Shown: piece after piece, positions 9,057-18,000 of the stretch
How positions within the stretch are numbered: position 1 is the stretch's first letter
Layout of the letters: each line of letters starts with the position of its first letter
DNA from: Candidatus Nanohalovita haloferacivicina
GTDB lineage: Archaea; Nanohalarchaeota; Nanosalinia; Nanosalinales; Nanosalinaceae
DNA: 64,000 nucleotides
Assembly (NCBI RefSeq): GCF_029232205.1
Contig: NZ_CP107255.1
Location: forward strand, 411,781-475,780
Reading direction: 5' to 3'
The notes under the pieces: generated by a model
Database searches by the model: none
What the model saw: only the letters and a program-made list of their open reading frames with translations
Told to the model about the DNA's origin: nothing
Translations under genes and position numbers: made by a program

Positions 9057-10036
9057 TGTACGATACTTCGGAGAATAAAGAAAAGATAATATCTCGCCTG
9101 GAAGACTGCAAGAAAAACTGTGAACTATCAAAATACGGCTGGGGAGAGGAAACAATTGAAATACTGTACGATCTCTCCACAAGAGGAAAAATGGTGAGAG
9201 GAAGCCTCCTCATGGATGCAACAGAAATAATGGGCGGTGAAGAAGACAGCATACACTATGCAGCAGCCACAGAACTTATACACACCGGCCTTCTTGTCCA
9301 CGACGACATAATAGACAGAGATGAGAAAAGAAGAGGTGTAGACTCTGTACACGTCCAGTTCAGATCAGAAGAAATAACCGACAGACAGACAGAAAACCTT
9401 GCAATCTGCGCCGGCGATATATCATACTTCACAGCATACGAAATAATTTCACAGGCCTCCAATCTCGACTCAGAGGCCCTTTCAGAGTTCTCATCCACGT
9501 TTGCAAGAGTAGGAGTGGGAGAAATGTCGGACATAGTTCTCTCAGGAAGACTTGAAACAGTAGAGGACGAAGTACTGGAAATCCACAGAAACAAGACCGC
9601 ATGCTACACCTTTGCAATGCCGCTGAAGATAGCATCAATACTTGCAGAAGGCCCGGAACTTGAGAAACTGCACGAGATAGGAATGAAAATGGGAGTACTC
9701 TACCAGATAAGAGACGATCACCTGGACATCTTCTCAAATGAAGACGACACAGGAAAACCTGTGGCCTCCGACATACAGGAAGGAAAGAAAACACTTCACA
9801 CAGAAATCCTCAGAGAAAAAACCTCTGCAGGAGAAGAACTCTACGAGGAAAAAACAGTAGAAGAGGCCCGCGAAGTAGTCCGGAAAATGGAAGAATCCAG
9901 CGTACGGAAAGAAGTTGAGAAAAGAATCGAGGCCCGAAGAGCAGAAGTTATAGAGCTGATAGAGGGTCTGGAGAATCCTGAGCTCCGCGAACTGCTGAAA
10001 GACGTCCTCCAACTTGTAATACAGAGAGAAAAATGA
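9056..10036 (+). CDS. idsA: geranylgeranyl diphosphate synthase (trans-polyprenyl synthetase)
   Basis: First Asp-rich motif LLVHDDIIDRDEKRRG and second Asp-rich motif YQIRDDHLD. The start overlaps the crtB stop. Confidence 0.8.
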   Translation: MYDTSENKEKIISRLEDCKKNCELSKYGWGEETIEILYDLSTRGKMVRGSLLMDATEIMGGEEDSIHYAAATELIHTGLLVHDDIIDRDEKRRGVDSVHVQFRSEEITDRQTENLAICAGDISYFTAYEIISQASNLDSEALSEFSSTFARVGVGEMSDIVLSGRLETVEDEVLEIHRNKTACYTFAMPLKIASILAEGPELEKLHEIGMKMGVLYQIRDDHLDIFSNEDDTGKPVASDIQEGKKTLHTEILREKTSAGEELYEEKTVEEAREVVRKMEESSVRKEVEKRIEARRAEVIELIEGLENPELRELLKDVLQLVIQREK

Positions 10037-10899
10037 AAGACAGAGTAAACCGGAAAAATATTTTTCTATCAGTACTTACATCAACAGCCATACTACTGGC
10101 AATAGTATCGCTCACAGGCCTTGAAAGAACTCTGAGCTTTCTCTCACATACCCGGCCTCTACCCCTTACAGCAGCATTCATCTCCGCCAATCTAGCGATC
10201 GTAATAAACTCTCATATCTGGAAAAAGGTGCTCAACAGACTGGGCCTTGATATAACGTCTTTACAGGCAGTAAAACTGGTGTTTGCCAACGCATTCATCA
10301 ACAACATCACTCCACTAGGCCATGCCGGCGGAGAACCATTCATAGTATATCACTTACACAGGAAGACAGAGAAAGAAACAGGAACAATCTTCTCAGGCAT
10401 CCTAGTAGCTGACGTAATCAACTTCACACCTCTCATAACTTCAGGCCTTGTAGGCGCAGCAGCAACTTCGGGAGCCAGAAATCTTCTATTGCTTCCAGCG
10501 GCAATAAAACAGAAAGTAGAAGAACAGATGGGAAACTTCAGGGAAGGCCTTCAAACACTCTCAATCGACAGAAAAAATCTTCTATTTCTCTCGTTATTTT
10601 CTCATCTATCAATACTGACAGACATAGCCGCAATCATGTTTCTGGCGTACTCTCTAGGCCTCCAGATATCGTTCGTCCCGCTTCTACTGATTCTTCCGCT
10701 GGCCAGAATCGCCAACTACACCCCGACACCGGGAGGCACAGGCCCGTACGAAATAGCATTGACAGGTCTACTCAGCTTTTTCTACGGAATCCCAATTTTC
10801 CAGGCGGCCGCAATCTCGGTAATCTACAGAGGCATGACATACTACTTCGGTATAATTGCCGGAGGATATGCCGTAGCAACCCTTGAAATCGGGAAATGA
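10033..10899 (+). CDS. UPF0104/flippase-like (LPG-synthase TM region-like) integral membrane protein
   Basis: Eight-helix membrane protein overlapping the GGPPS stop. The family call rests on overall resemblance only. Confidence 0.45.
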   Translation: MKDRVNRKNIFLSVLTSTAILLAIVSLTGLERTLSFLSHTRPLPLTAAFISANLAIVINSHIWKKVLNRLGLDITSLQAVKLVFANAFINNITPLGHAGGEPFIVYHLHRKTEKETGTIFSGILVADVINFTPLITSGLVGAAATSGARNLLLLPAAIKQKVEEQMGNFREGLQTLSIDRKNLLFLSLFSHLSILTDIAAIMFLAYSLGLQISFVPLLLILPLARIANYTPTPGGTGPYEIALTGLLSFFYGIPIFQAAAISVIYRGMTYYFGIIAGGYAVATLEIGK

Positions 10900-11413
10900 T
10901 AAAAACAGGCCCGAGGTAATTCATTATATGTTATATGAATTTGAGCAGTCGGACCTCCTGCTAGCGTGGGGAGTCACAACTGCACTTGGATGGCTTGCAA
11001 CAATGATCATGGCCGTAGTACAGCCCTCTGTACCAGCGGTGATGGCAATATGGACCGTTCTAATGGCCATCCCGGTAGTCATAACACTGCAGCTATACGC
11101 AGCAGGAAACTCGAACAAACTGTTCAACTTCTGGGCAGTAGCAGTCTCACTGCTTATGATCGAGAACTTTGTAACACCGGCCTCAATATCGGTTTACAGC
11201 TACTTCCTGCTATGGATGGCAGCATCGGCCGCAGGATTCTACTACACAAGTAGAAAAATGCCGCCACCTTCCGACAAAACATACAGATACGCAGCAATCC
11301 TGGCCGCAATCGCACTGCCTGTAGTCTACTACGACTACAGAACAGGAGCAATCCTGGGAATACTGCTACAGGGAGGCCCAATGATCTACGACTACTGGAC
11401 AGTCCACAGATAA
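10883..11413 (+). CDS. hypothetical membrane protein
   Basis: 176 aa with four or more hydrophobic helices. It overlaps the previous gene's stop. Confidence 0.4.
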   Translation: MKSGNDKNRPEVIHYMLYEFEQSDLLLAWGVTTALGWLATMIMAVVQPSVPAVMAIWTVLMAIPVVITLQLYAAGNSNKLFNFWAVAVSLLMIENFVTPASISVYSYFLLWMAASAAGFYYTSRKMPPPSDKTYRYAAILAAIALPVVYYDYRTGAILGILLQGGPMIYDYWTVHR

Positions 11414-11509
11414 CATTTCCCACTCCTTTTCTTTTTCCACCAAAAAACAGTCATCTATCCTATAAAGGTTGCCCCTCAATACTTGATTATAAAGGAGGTG
11501 TTTTGTAGT

Positions 11510-11734
11510 ATGAAAGGTACAGTTAAGTTCTTCCACGATCAGAAGAAGTACGGATTTATCGAAGCTGAAGACATGGACGACGACCTATTCTTCCACGTCA
11601 GCGATCTCGAAGGCGATTCCATCGAAGAAGACACAGATGTCGAATTCGAACAGGAAGAAGGCGATAGAGGTCCTAAGGCAGTCAACGTAGTTGAAGCAGG
11701 AGCAGAAGAAACTGACGAAGAAATCGAAGCTTAA
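11510..11734 (+). CDS. csp: cold-shock protein (CspA family) with acidic C-terminal tail
   Basis: MKGTVKFFHDQKKYGFIE matches the cold-shock domain RNP1 motif. There is an aaggaggtg sequence 8 bp upstream and a TATA-like ctataaagg further upstream. The start is the internal ATG of ORF 11483..11734. Confidence 0.8.
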   Translation: MKGTVKFFHDQKKYGFIEAEDMDDDLFFHVSDLEGDSIEEDTDVEFEQEEGDRGPKAVNVVEAGAEETDEEIEA

Positions 11735-11853
11735 AGCTTCAAGCTCTTCACTCAACAAGCGTTACAACCAACTTTTTTCTTCACATTTCCCTTACTTAAT
11801 TTTCTCCACCAACAACCCGGCATTTATTACTCATAAACCCTCTTTCTAAACCT

Positions 11854-12048
11854 ATGACACAGGAAAACCAGAAAGAAGACGAATGGGCCAGAAAAGTAAT
11901 ACAGAAAAACACCGAAGGCCTCAAAGAACTGGCAGAAGAAAAACCAGCAGCCAGAATGAGAAAAAACAAGATATACCGGAAAATAATCAAGGCCTACAGA
12001 AAATACATCTCAAGAAAAGAGGAAAAAGTCTCAACTATCGAACTCTAA
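11854..12048 (+). CDS. small basic hypothetical protein
   Basis: 64-aa Lys/Arg-rich ORF, convergent with the Doc-like gene. Confidence 0.3.
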   Translation: MTQENQKEDEWARKVIQKNTEGLKELAEEKPAARMRKNKIYRKIIKAYRKYISRKEEKVSTIEL

Positions 12049-12577
12049 CCTCTTCAAGAGGCCCCTCCAGAAGAGACATCATGTACCTGTAAAGATCATC
12101 CTCATCCTTCTCCCTCACAGCAACCTGCTGCAACAACTCACGGAACTCAACAGTCAGATCAGGATAAACAGCCCGGGAAAAACCTTCCAGGGCCTGAGCC
12201 TTAATCAAAAACATCACACCGCTCAAATACGCAGTTCTCTTATTCCCCTCACCAAAGGCCTGTGACTCAGCAATCTCCTTCATCACAACCGCAGAAAGAT
12301 AAACGGCATCACTGTTCTCACCACACCTCTGAGGTAAAGTAAACTCGAAAAGATTCTCAATCAAACCCTCGCCAGAAGGCCTCAACTGGTGATAATCCTC
12401 ATCACGAGCAACCTCAAAAGCATCCATACTGCCAACAGGAACACCGTTAACATGCTCCAGCTCCGCCTCACTCTCAATATCCGGAGCCCGCGTAACAGTA
12501 GCATTCAAACCCTTCACAAGATCAAGGCCAATCATCTCCTCAACCTCTCCACAGTCAACCTCCAAAACCATAACCAA
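12035..12577 (-). CDS. Fic/Doc-family protein (Doc-like; catalytic His replaced by Gln)
   Basis: QAFGEGNKRTAYLSGVMFL aligns with the P1 Doc core HIFNDANKRTALNSALLFL, i.e. the HxFx(D/N)(A/G)NKR motif. The first position is Q rather than H. No Phd-like partner is adjacent. Confidence 0.6.
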   Translation of the reverse strand: MVMVLEVDCGEVEEMIGLDLVKGLNATVTRAPDIESEAELEHVNGVPVGSMDAFEVARDEDYHQLRPSGEGLIENLFEFTLPQRCGENSDAVYLSAVVMKEIAESQAFGEGNKRTAYLSGVMFLIKAQALEGFSRAVYPDLTVEFRELLQQVAVREKDEDDLYRYMMSLLEGPLEEVRVR

Positions 12578-12672
12578 CCAATACCTACCAACACCAAAAA
12601 GGATAACCCGATAAAAATTTCTACCTCAAAGCTACATAGGGGGAGAGGCCGATCACAGAAAAAACACGGATA

Positions 12673-13851
12673 ATGCACTTCGGCGACACACACCTGGGCA
12701 GAAAACAACCCAGCCAGATAGCCGAAAAACGCGTAGAATCAACAATCAAGGCCTTCCAATTTCTAATCGACAAAGCCATAGAAAAAGACGTAGACATCAT
12801 AATACACGCAGGCGACGTATTCGACACAGTATACCCATGGCACACAGTAATCGAACAGGCCCGCGAAACGCTGGAAAAACTGGAAAAAGCAGAAATCCCA
12901 ATGTACATGATCCGTGGCAACCACGACAGAAGCTACGGCCACGGAAGAAAACTCAAAGGCCTCGCCATCGAACACCTCGAAAACCAGTACGTAAAACTAA
13001 TCGATCCTTCTCCTGAAGAATTTGGAAAACCAGCAATACAATTCAAAGGCCTGAACATCTACGGCCTCGGATACCACTCCAGTAAAACCCGGGAAATACT
13101 GGAAGACTTCTCTCCAGGAAAAGGCACCAATATCCTGCTGATGCACGACTTCGTAGAGGGAGTTACAAGAACCTACTCCAACGACTGCACAGAAGCAGAA
13201 AAACTGGCCGATAAGAACCTGGACTACGTTGCTATAGGCCACGACCACCAGCCAAACACCTGGAAAGAAATCAACGGCACAGTTTTCTCAGCAACAGGAG
13301 GAACCGTAGACTACGACTTCAACTCCACAGAGTTCGGAAACCACTACAACATAATAGAAGCCGGCCCTGAAGGCGTACAACACGAGGAAACAGGAGAAAT
13401 ACCGCAGACACTTGAATTAAAGAAGATCAGAGTGCCGGTGGAAGAGGCCCGCGTCGAACCAACCATAGGAAGAATACAGGAACTTCAGGGAGAAAGAATA
13501 GCAGTCAAAGTCATGGTAAAGGGAGAAACAGAAAAAGAACCTGGCGAGATACCTGTCCAGGAGATAGAGGCCCGAGCAAGAGAGATAGAAAAAGTTGAAA
13601 TGGTTGAAGTAGTCCTCGACCTCCAGATAAAAGGATATGAAGATACAGAATCCGGAGAGGCCTTCAGTGTCGACGAATTTCTCGAAAAAGAACTTGAAAA
13701 TCCCGAGGAATTCCGGGAGCTGCATGAAAAAACATCCTCCATGCTGGCAGACGACGAAAACCTCACCTCATCAGGAATCAACCTGAAAAAGGACGCCAGA
13801 AAAAAGCTAAGGCAGCAAGTCAAACAGAAAATCTTCGGTGGTAGTGAGTGA
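12673..13851 (+). CDS. mre11: DNA double-strand break repair nuclease Mre11
   Basis: Calcineurin-like phosphoesterase motifs: MHFGDTHLG (I), HAGDVFD (II) and GNHD (III), followed by an acidic C-terminal domain. Confidence 0.9.
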   Translation: MHFGDTHLGRKQPSQIAEKRVESTIKAFQFLIDKAIEKDVDIIIHAGDVFDTVYPWHTVIEQARETLEKLEKAEIPMYMIRGNHDRSYGHGRKLKGLAIEHLENQYVKLIDPSPEEFGKPAIQFKGLNIYGLGYHSSKTREILEDFSPGKGTNILLMHDFVEGVTRTYSNDCTEAEKLADKNLDYVAIGHDHQPNTWKEINGTVFSATGGTVDYDFNSTEFGNHYNIIEAGPEGVQHEETGEIPQTLELKKIRVPVEEARVEPTIGRIQELQGERIAVKVMVKGETEKEPGEIPVQEIEARAREIEKVEMVEVVLDLQIKGYEDTESGEAFSVDEFLEKELENPEEFRELHEKTSSMLADDENLTSSGINLKKDARKKLRQQVKQKIFGGSE

Positions 13852-16235
13852 AGCTGGAGAAACTTGAACTGGAAAACTTCAGAAAACTGAAAGACACAGA
13901 GATAAACTTCTCCAGAGGCCTGAACCTGATAGAAGGCCCAAACAACGCAGGAAAATCCTCTATACTCTACGCAATCTACTTCGCATTGACAGGAGAGGCC
14001 TTCAACTTCAGATCGCCGAAGGAATACATCAATTTTAACGAAACCAGCATGAAGGCCCGGCTAGAGTTCTCAATACAGGAAGACAGATACTACGTTATTT
14101 CTGAGTACTCGGAGACAGGAAGAGGAAACTACGAGGTAGGATCACTGAAAAACGGCGAAGAACAGGTACTTGAGTCAACAGATGGCGGCGCCCGGGTAAA
14201 CGACGTCAGAAAAAAGGTCTTCCAGTTAACAGGCCTAGACAGCAAAAGACTTGAGCACGTCAACTACGCAGCACAGCAAAAATTCGTGGAAAAAGTAGAA
14301 GGAGGTCGAAGACAGCAGGAGGCCATGGACTACATCTTCGAAATAAAAACAGTAGACGTACTCTCCAACGCAGTAAAAGACGTCATAGGCCAGAAAGAAA
14401 GAGAACTGGACGGCCTCGAAGATAAAGAAGAGAGAAAAAACGAAATAAAGAAACAGATCGAAGAGAAAAAAGAAGAAATGGGTGAAAAGAAAGAAGGCCT
14501 TCAGGAACTCAAAGAAGAACTTGAAGATAGAGAAGAGGAACTCGAAGAGGCCGAACAGGAAAAAGAGGAGAAACAGAAACAGTACAGAAAACTGAGAAAG
14601 GCCTCAGATATAGAGAAAGAAATAGAGAAACAGAAAGAATTCATCGAATCACTCAAACAAGATATAGCAGAGATAAAAGAGAAGTATGGGGAAGAAATCC
14701 TCGATAAAAAGGCCTCGCTGGAAGAAAAACTCGAAGAAGTCAATGAAAAGTTTGAATCAGTTCGGGAAAAAGCCGAGAAAATAGATAAGGCCTCCAAAAA
14801 ACTTGAGAGAAAAGAGATGAATCTCGAGAATCTTGAAGAGAAGATAGAGGAAAAAAGCGATGGAAGGGATCAACTGGAAACTCAGGCAGAGAACTTGGAG
14901 GAGAAAAAAGAATCTCTACAGAGCGAGATAGATGAATACGATTTCTCCGGCGATCTTGAAGAAGAACTGGAGGAAATTAATTCTGAAATAAAGGATCTGC
15001 GTGAGGCCAGAAGTGAGAAAAAGGCCCGGCTAGAGGATCTGGAAAACACTCATGACAGAGGAGAATGTGAGGTCTGCGGCCGTGAAGTAGAGGACCTCGA
15101 CGAATACCACAGGAGAATAGAAGATGCCAGACAGAAAATCAAGAATACTAACGAAAAGATACAGGCCGGAGTTGAGAGAAAGCAAAAGCTGGAGGAACTA
15201 GCCGAGAAAAAACAGGAGCTTGATGAAATACAGCAAGAGTTGGATGAGAGAAGCCAAGGCCTTGAAGAAACCATTGAAAAAATAGATGAGCTGGAGAACG
15301 ATAGAGAAGAGATTGAGGAAGATATCAAGATTCTGAAAGAGGCTCTGGATGAGAAAGATTCTGGCGAAGTTAAGGATGAGCTAGAGGAACTGAGGGAGAA
15401 ACGCAGCGAACTGAAAAAAGAGATATCGGAGATCAAATCCGACGAGAAAGAAGTAGAGAGGAAACAGGCGAAACTTGAGGCCCGTGAGGAAAAACTTTCA
15501 GAGCTGAAGAACAAGCTCGACGATCTTGAAGTAGAATACTCGAATATTGATTCAGAACTTGAAAAGGCCGAAAAACAGAAGGACAAGGCCTTATCCAGCT
15601 ACAATTCTATTAATTCTAAAGTTGAGGAGATGGAGAAACGCCTTCAGGATAGAGAAAGGACAGTAGAAGAGAGCAAGGAACAGCTTGAAGAACTGGAGGC
15701 CCGAGCAGAGGAGACTCAGGAAGAAGTAGAGAAACTTCAACAACTACAGGAAAGAATTGAGGAGGTGAGGGAGGCCTCTGAGAAGTACTCAATGACGGAG
15801 TCAAAAATGAGGGAGGACAGTATCCGGAAGCTGGAAAGAAAAGTTTACAGATGGTACCAGGAACTGGCCGCGGAACCAGAATTCAGCTATCTAACCATAG
15901 ATCAAGATGACTACAGGCTGAAAGGAGTTCCAGTAAATGCGGAAAGAGAGTACTCCATCAGCGACTACCAGGGAGGAGGCCAGAGAACGCTGACAGCGCT
16001 AGCATACCAACTGGCCCTCGCAGAGATGACAGGCACTGACTTCCTGATGATCGATGAACCTACTGATGCGACAGATTCGAATAATCGGGAAAACCTTCTG
16101 GAAATCATCCACAACGCAGTCAAACAGTTCAACCAGATAATCCTCATAACACATCACGGAGTAGGCCGGGAGAAGGCCGACAACATCATCAAGGTAGAGA
16201 AAGAAGGAGAGGAAAGCAAGGTAGCAACATTATAG
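13848..16235 (+). CDS. rad50: DNA double-strand break repair ATPase Rad50
   Basis: Walker A GPNNAGKSS and a long Glu/Lys coiled coil. There is a central zinc hook CEVCGRE and a C-terminal D-loop/Walker B MIDEPTDATD. It is translationally coupled to mre11 (GTG start overlapping the mre11 stop). Confidence 0.9.
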   Translation: MKLEKLELENFRKLKDTEINFSRGLNLIEGPNNAGKSSILYAIYFALTGEAFNFRSPKEYINFNETSMKARLEFSIQEDRYYVISEYSETGRGNYEVGSLKNGEEQVLESTDGGARVNDVRKKVFQLTGLDSKRLEHVNYAAQQKFVEKVEGGRRQQEAMDYIFEIKTVDVLSNAVKDVIGQKERELDGLEDKEERKNEIKKQIEEKKEEMGEKKEGLQELKEELEDREEELEEAEQEKEEKQKQYRKLRKASDIEKEIEKQKEFIESLKQDIAEIKEKYGEEILDKKASLEEKLEEVNEKFESVREKAEKIDKASKKLERKEMNLENLEEKIEEKSDGRDQLETQAENLEEKKESLQSEIDEYDFSGDLEEELEEINSEIKDLREARSEKKARLEDLENTHDRGECEVCGREVEDLDEYHRRIEDARQKIKNTNEKIQAGVERKQKLEELAEKKQELDEIQQELDERSQGLEETIEKIDELENDREEIEEDIKILKEALDEKDSGEVKDELEELREKRSELKKEISEIKSDEKEVERKQAKLEAREEKLSELKNKLDDLEVEYSNIDSELEKAEKQKDKALSSYNSINSKVEEMEKRLQDRERTVEESKEQLEELEARAEETQEEVEKLQQLQERIEEVREASEKYSMTESKMREDSIRKLERKVYRWYQELAAEPEFSYLTIDQDDYRLKGVPVNAEREYSISDYQGGGQRTLTALAYQLALAEMTGTDFLMIDEPTDATDSNNRENLLEIIHNAVKQFNQIILITHHGVGREKADNIIKVEKEGEESKVATL

Positions 16236-16325
16236 GCCCTATACAGAGCATAAGACCGAGCTAATCCGGCGCCAGCGAGTGTGTTGATTACTCTAAAAAC
16301 AGTTAAGGCCTAAGAGTTATTTCTG

Positions 16326-16958
16326 ATGACTGGAATAGATGGCTTCATCCAGAGAACACTTGAACCTGAGAGAGCGGAAGACCAGAGAATAATCGATGAA
16401 GGAGATGAAGTAGAGGAAGGAGCCGTGAAACAGGTGTTTGAAGGCCTGCACGGAGAAATGATAATGCCAATCCAGTCAGACGAAGAAATAAGACAGATAT
16501 ACAGAGACCTCCACGGAAAGGCCAGAGTCGTCAACACCTGGGCAGTAACCGAAGAAGGAGTAGACATGTTCAAACAGGACAGAGTACCCGACAAGTTCTA
16601 CGACGTAATGTACCAGGAAGGCCTCGAACATGTAATAAGAGAAACAGTCGAAGTATTCGAAAGCTTCGCAGACCACGGATACGCCTACTGCGACCTATCA
16701 CCAGACAACATAAGATTCCACAACGGAAACGGCATAGCAATAGACTACCTCGACGAACACGCAGTAGAAAAACTCGACGGCAATCCAACCTTCGCAGCAG
16801 CCAAGTCATACGACCTCTTCACCAGCGAAATAACCTCAGACATACCAGGCCTCCAACCAGAAGAAGTAGAAAGATACATCGACAAATACTCCAACCACGT
16901 ATCAACAGAAAAATACACCGGAGATGTACTCGCCGACTTCGCATTCAAACCTGAATAG
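16326..16958 (+). CDS. hypothetical acidic protein with protein-kinase-like catalytic-loop motif
   Basis: YCDLSPDNIRF…IAIDY resembles the H/YxDLxPxNI catalytic loop plus a DFG-like IDY element, as in RIO/Bud32/Kdo-type small kinases. No glycine-rich loop was identified. Confidence 0.4.
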   Translation: MTGIDGFIQRTLEPERAEDQRIIDEGDEVEEGAVKQVFEGLHGEMIMPIQSDEEIRQIYRDLHGKARVVNTWAVTEEGVDMFKQDRVPDKFYDVMYQEGLEHVIRETVEVFESFADHGYAYCDLSPDNIRFHNGNGIAIDYLDEHAVEKLDGNPTFAAAKSYDLFTSEITSDIPGLQPEEVERYIDKYSNHVSTEKYTGDVLADFAFKPE

Positions 16959-17274
16959 AAACCCTGTAAAAACCAGGCCTATGACCCTTAGCCTTCCGAT
17001 CAGAAACACTACGATTACGGCCCAGAGAAGTCTCCTGATACCTCTTCTGAGGTTTTCGAACCCACTCCCACGACTCAAACTCTCCTTCATTCCGGGCCTC
17101 ATCCAAGATGTTAACAATATTCTGAGAAATACTCCGAAGATCACCCCGAATCTCCACAGCCTCACTGTTAGGGATTTCTCTGTGAAAAAGCTCAATTTTG
17201 AGAACAGGCCCAGACTGTTTCCTCACAGCCTTTACTCCATCGATGTCTCTGAGTTTGTCGATTAGTTGTTTCAT
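16945..17274 (-). CDS. hypothetical protein (last gene of the RM-island operon)
   Basis: 109-aa ORF with a 4-bp ATGA overlap to the upstream DUF45 gene. No motif recognised. Confidence 0.4.
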   Translation of the reverse strand: MKQLIDKLRDIDGVKAVRKQSGPVLKIELFHREIPNSEAVEIRGDLRSISQNIVNILDEARNEGEFESWEWVRKPQKRYQETSLGRNRSVSDRKAKGHRPGFYRVSIQV

Positions 17275-17999
17275 TCTGTATTTTTCTCGTTTTCCAATAT
17301 TAGGGATTTGTCAAATACTAGTTGAGCACTATTTTTAGCGAGCCACTTGTTCGATCTCTGGTACTTTGGAAGTATTCCACGTACACGAGACCAGAATTTT
17401 TCACTGTGGTTTCTTTCTTCTAAATGTACTAATTCATGTACTACAACATATTCTAGGACGTGTTGTGGTGCTAGTACTAGCCGCCAATTGAAGTTTAAAT
17501 TTGATTTACTGGAGCAACTTCCCCATTTAGTCTGCTGATCTCTTATGAATATCTCTTCATGTTCCCCGTCTACTTTATCCTTATGATCCTCTATTTTTTG
17601 TTCTATCACTTCTCTTGCTCTTTCCCTAAGTGCCTTTTCAAGTTGGTCTTTCAAAGAAGTCTGTTCTACCAAATGTTCTGCTAAGATAATTTTATCATTA
17701 ATCTGATTCTTCCTAGCGGTTTGGACAGTTATCTCCTTCTCTTCACCTAAAATAGTGATTTTACTGCCGTTTGACAAGTTTCTATCTGGAATTTTTCTCT
17801 TAAAACGCAAAAATTCTTTCCGTTTCTTAGCAACCCAGCTTTCTTTCTGTTTTAGTAGTTCTTCAGCATCTAAATCTTGATCTTCGGGTATAACTACTGT
17901 AAAATCACCTAACTTATGATCGATTCTTGGCTTGGATGCTTCAGAACTGTTGCGTATACTATAGTTTATTTTCAGGCCATCAATTTTAGCTTCCATCAT
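17271..17999 (-). CDS. YgjP/DUF45-family zinc metal-dependent hydrolase
   Basis: C-terminal HELVHLEERNHSEKFW matches the DUF45/WLM-like HExxH...NHS motif. This family is commonly adjacent to type I hsdR. Confidence 0.75.
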   Translation of the reverse strand: MMEAKIDGLKINYSIRNSSEASKPRIDHKLGDFTVVIPEDQDLDAEELLKQKESWVAKKRKEFLRFKRKIPDRNLSNGSKITILGEEKEITVQTARKNQINDKIILAEHLVEQTSLKDQLEKALRERAREVIEQKIEDHKDKVDGEHEEIFIRDQQTKWGSCSSKSNLNFNWRLVLAPQHVLEYVVVHELVHLEERNHSEKFWSRVRGILPKYQRSNKWLAKNSAQLVFDKSLILENEKNTE

Positions 18000-18000
18000 A

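Noticed and set aside
9128-10190. Minus-strand ORFs overlapping crtB and the GGPPS genes
   Set aside because: They are antisense to genes with strong catalytic motifs. They have no start context and are spurious.
12621-12920. 99-aa minus-strand ORF upstream of the Doc-like gene (a Phd-antitoxin candidate by position)
   Set aside because: It lies antisense across the mre11 start and N-terminal motifs. Its composition is unlike neighbouring genes, so it is likely spurious.
14501-15586. Ser-rich minus-strand ORFs (98 and 178 aa) inside rad50
   Set aside because: They are antisense reading of the GAA/GAG-rich coiled-coil coding region (poly-Ser/Phe artefact) and are not genes.
14400-15700. Highly repetitive GAA/AAG-rich DNA that could be mistaken for a tandem-repeat or CRISPR-like array
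   Set aside because: It is the Glu/Lys coiled-coil of Rad50. There are no regular direct repeats separated by unique spacers, and no CRISPR array is present anywhere in the window.
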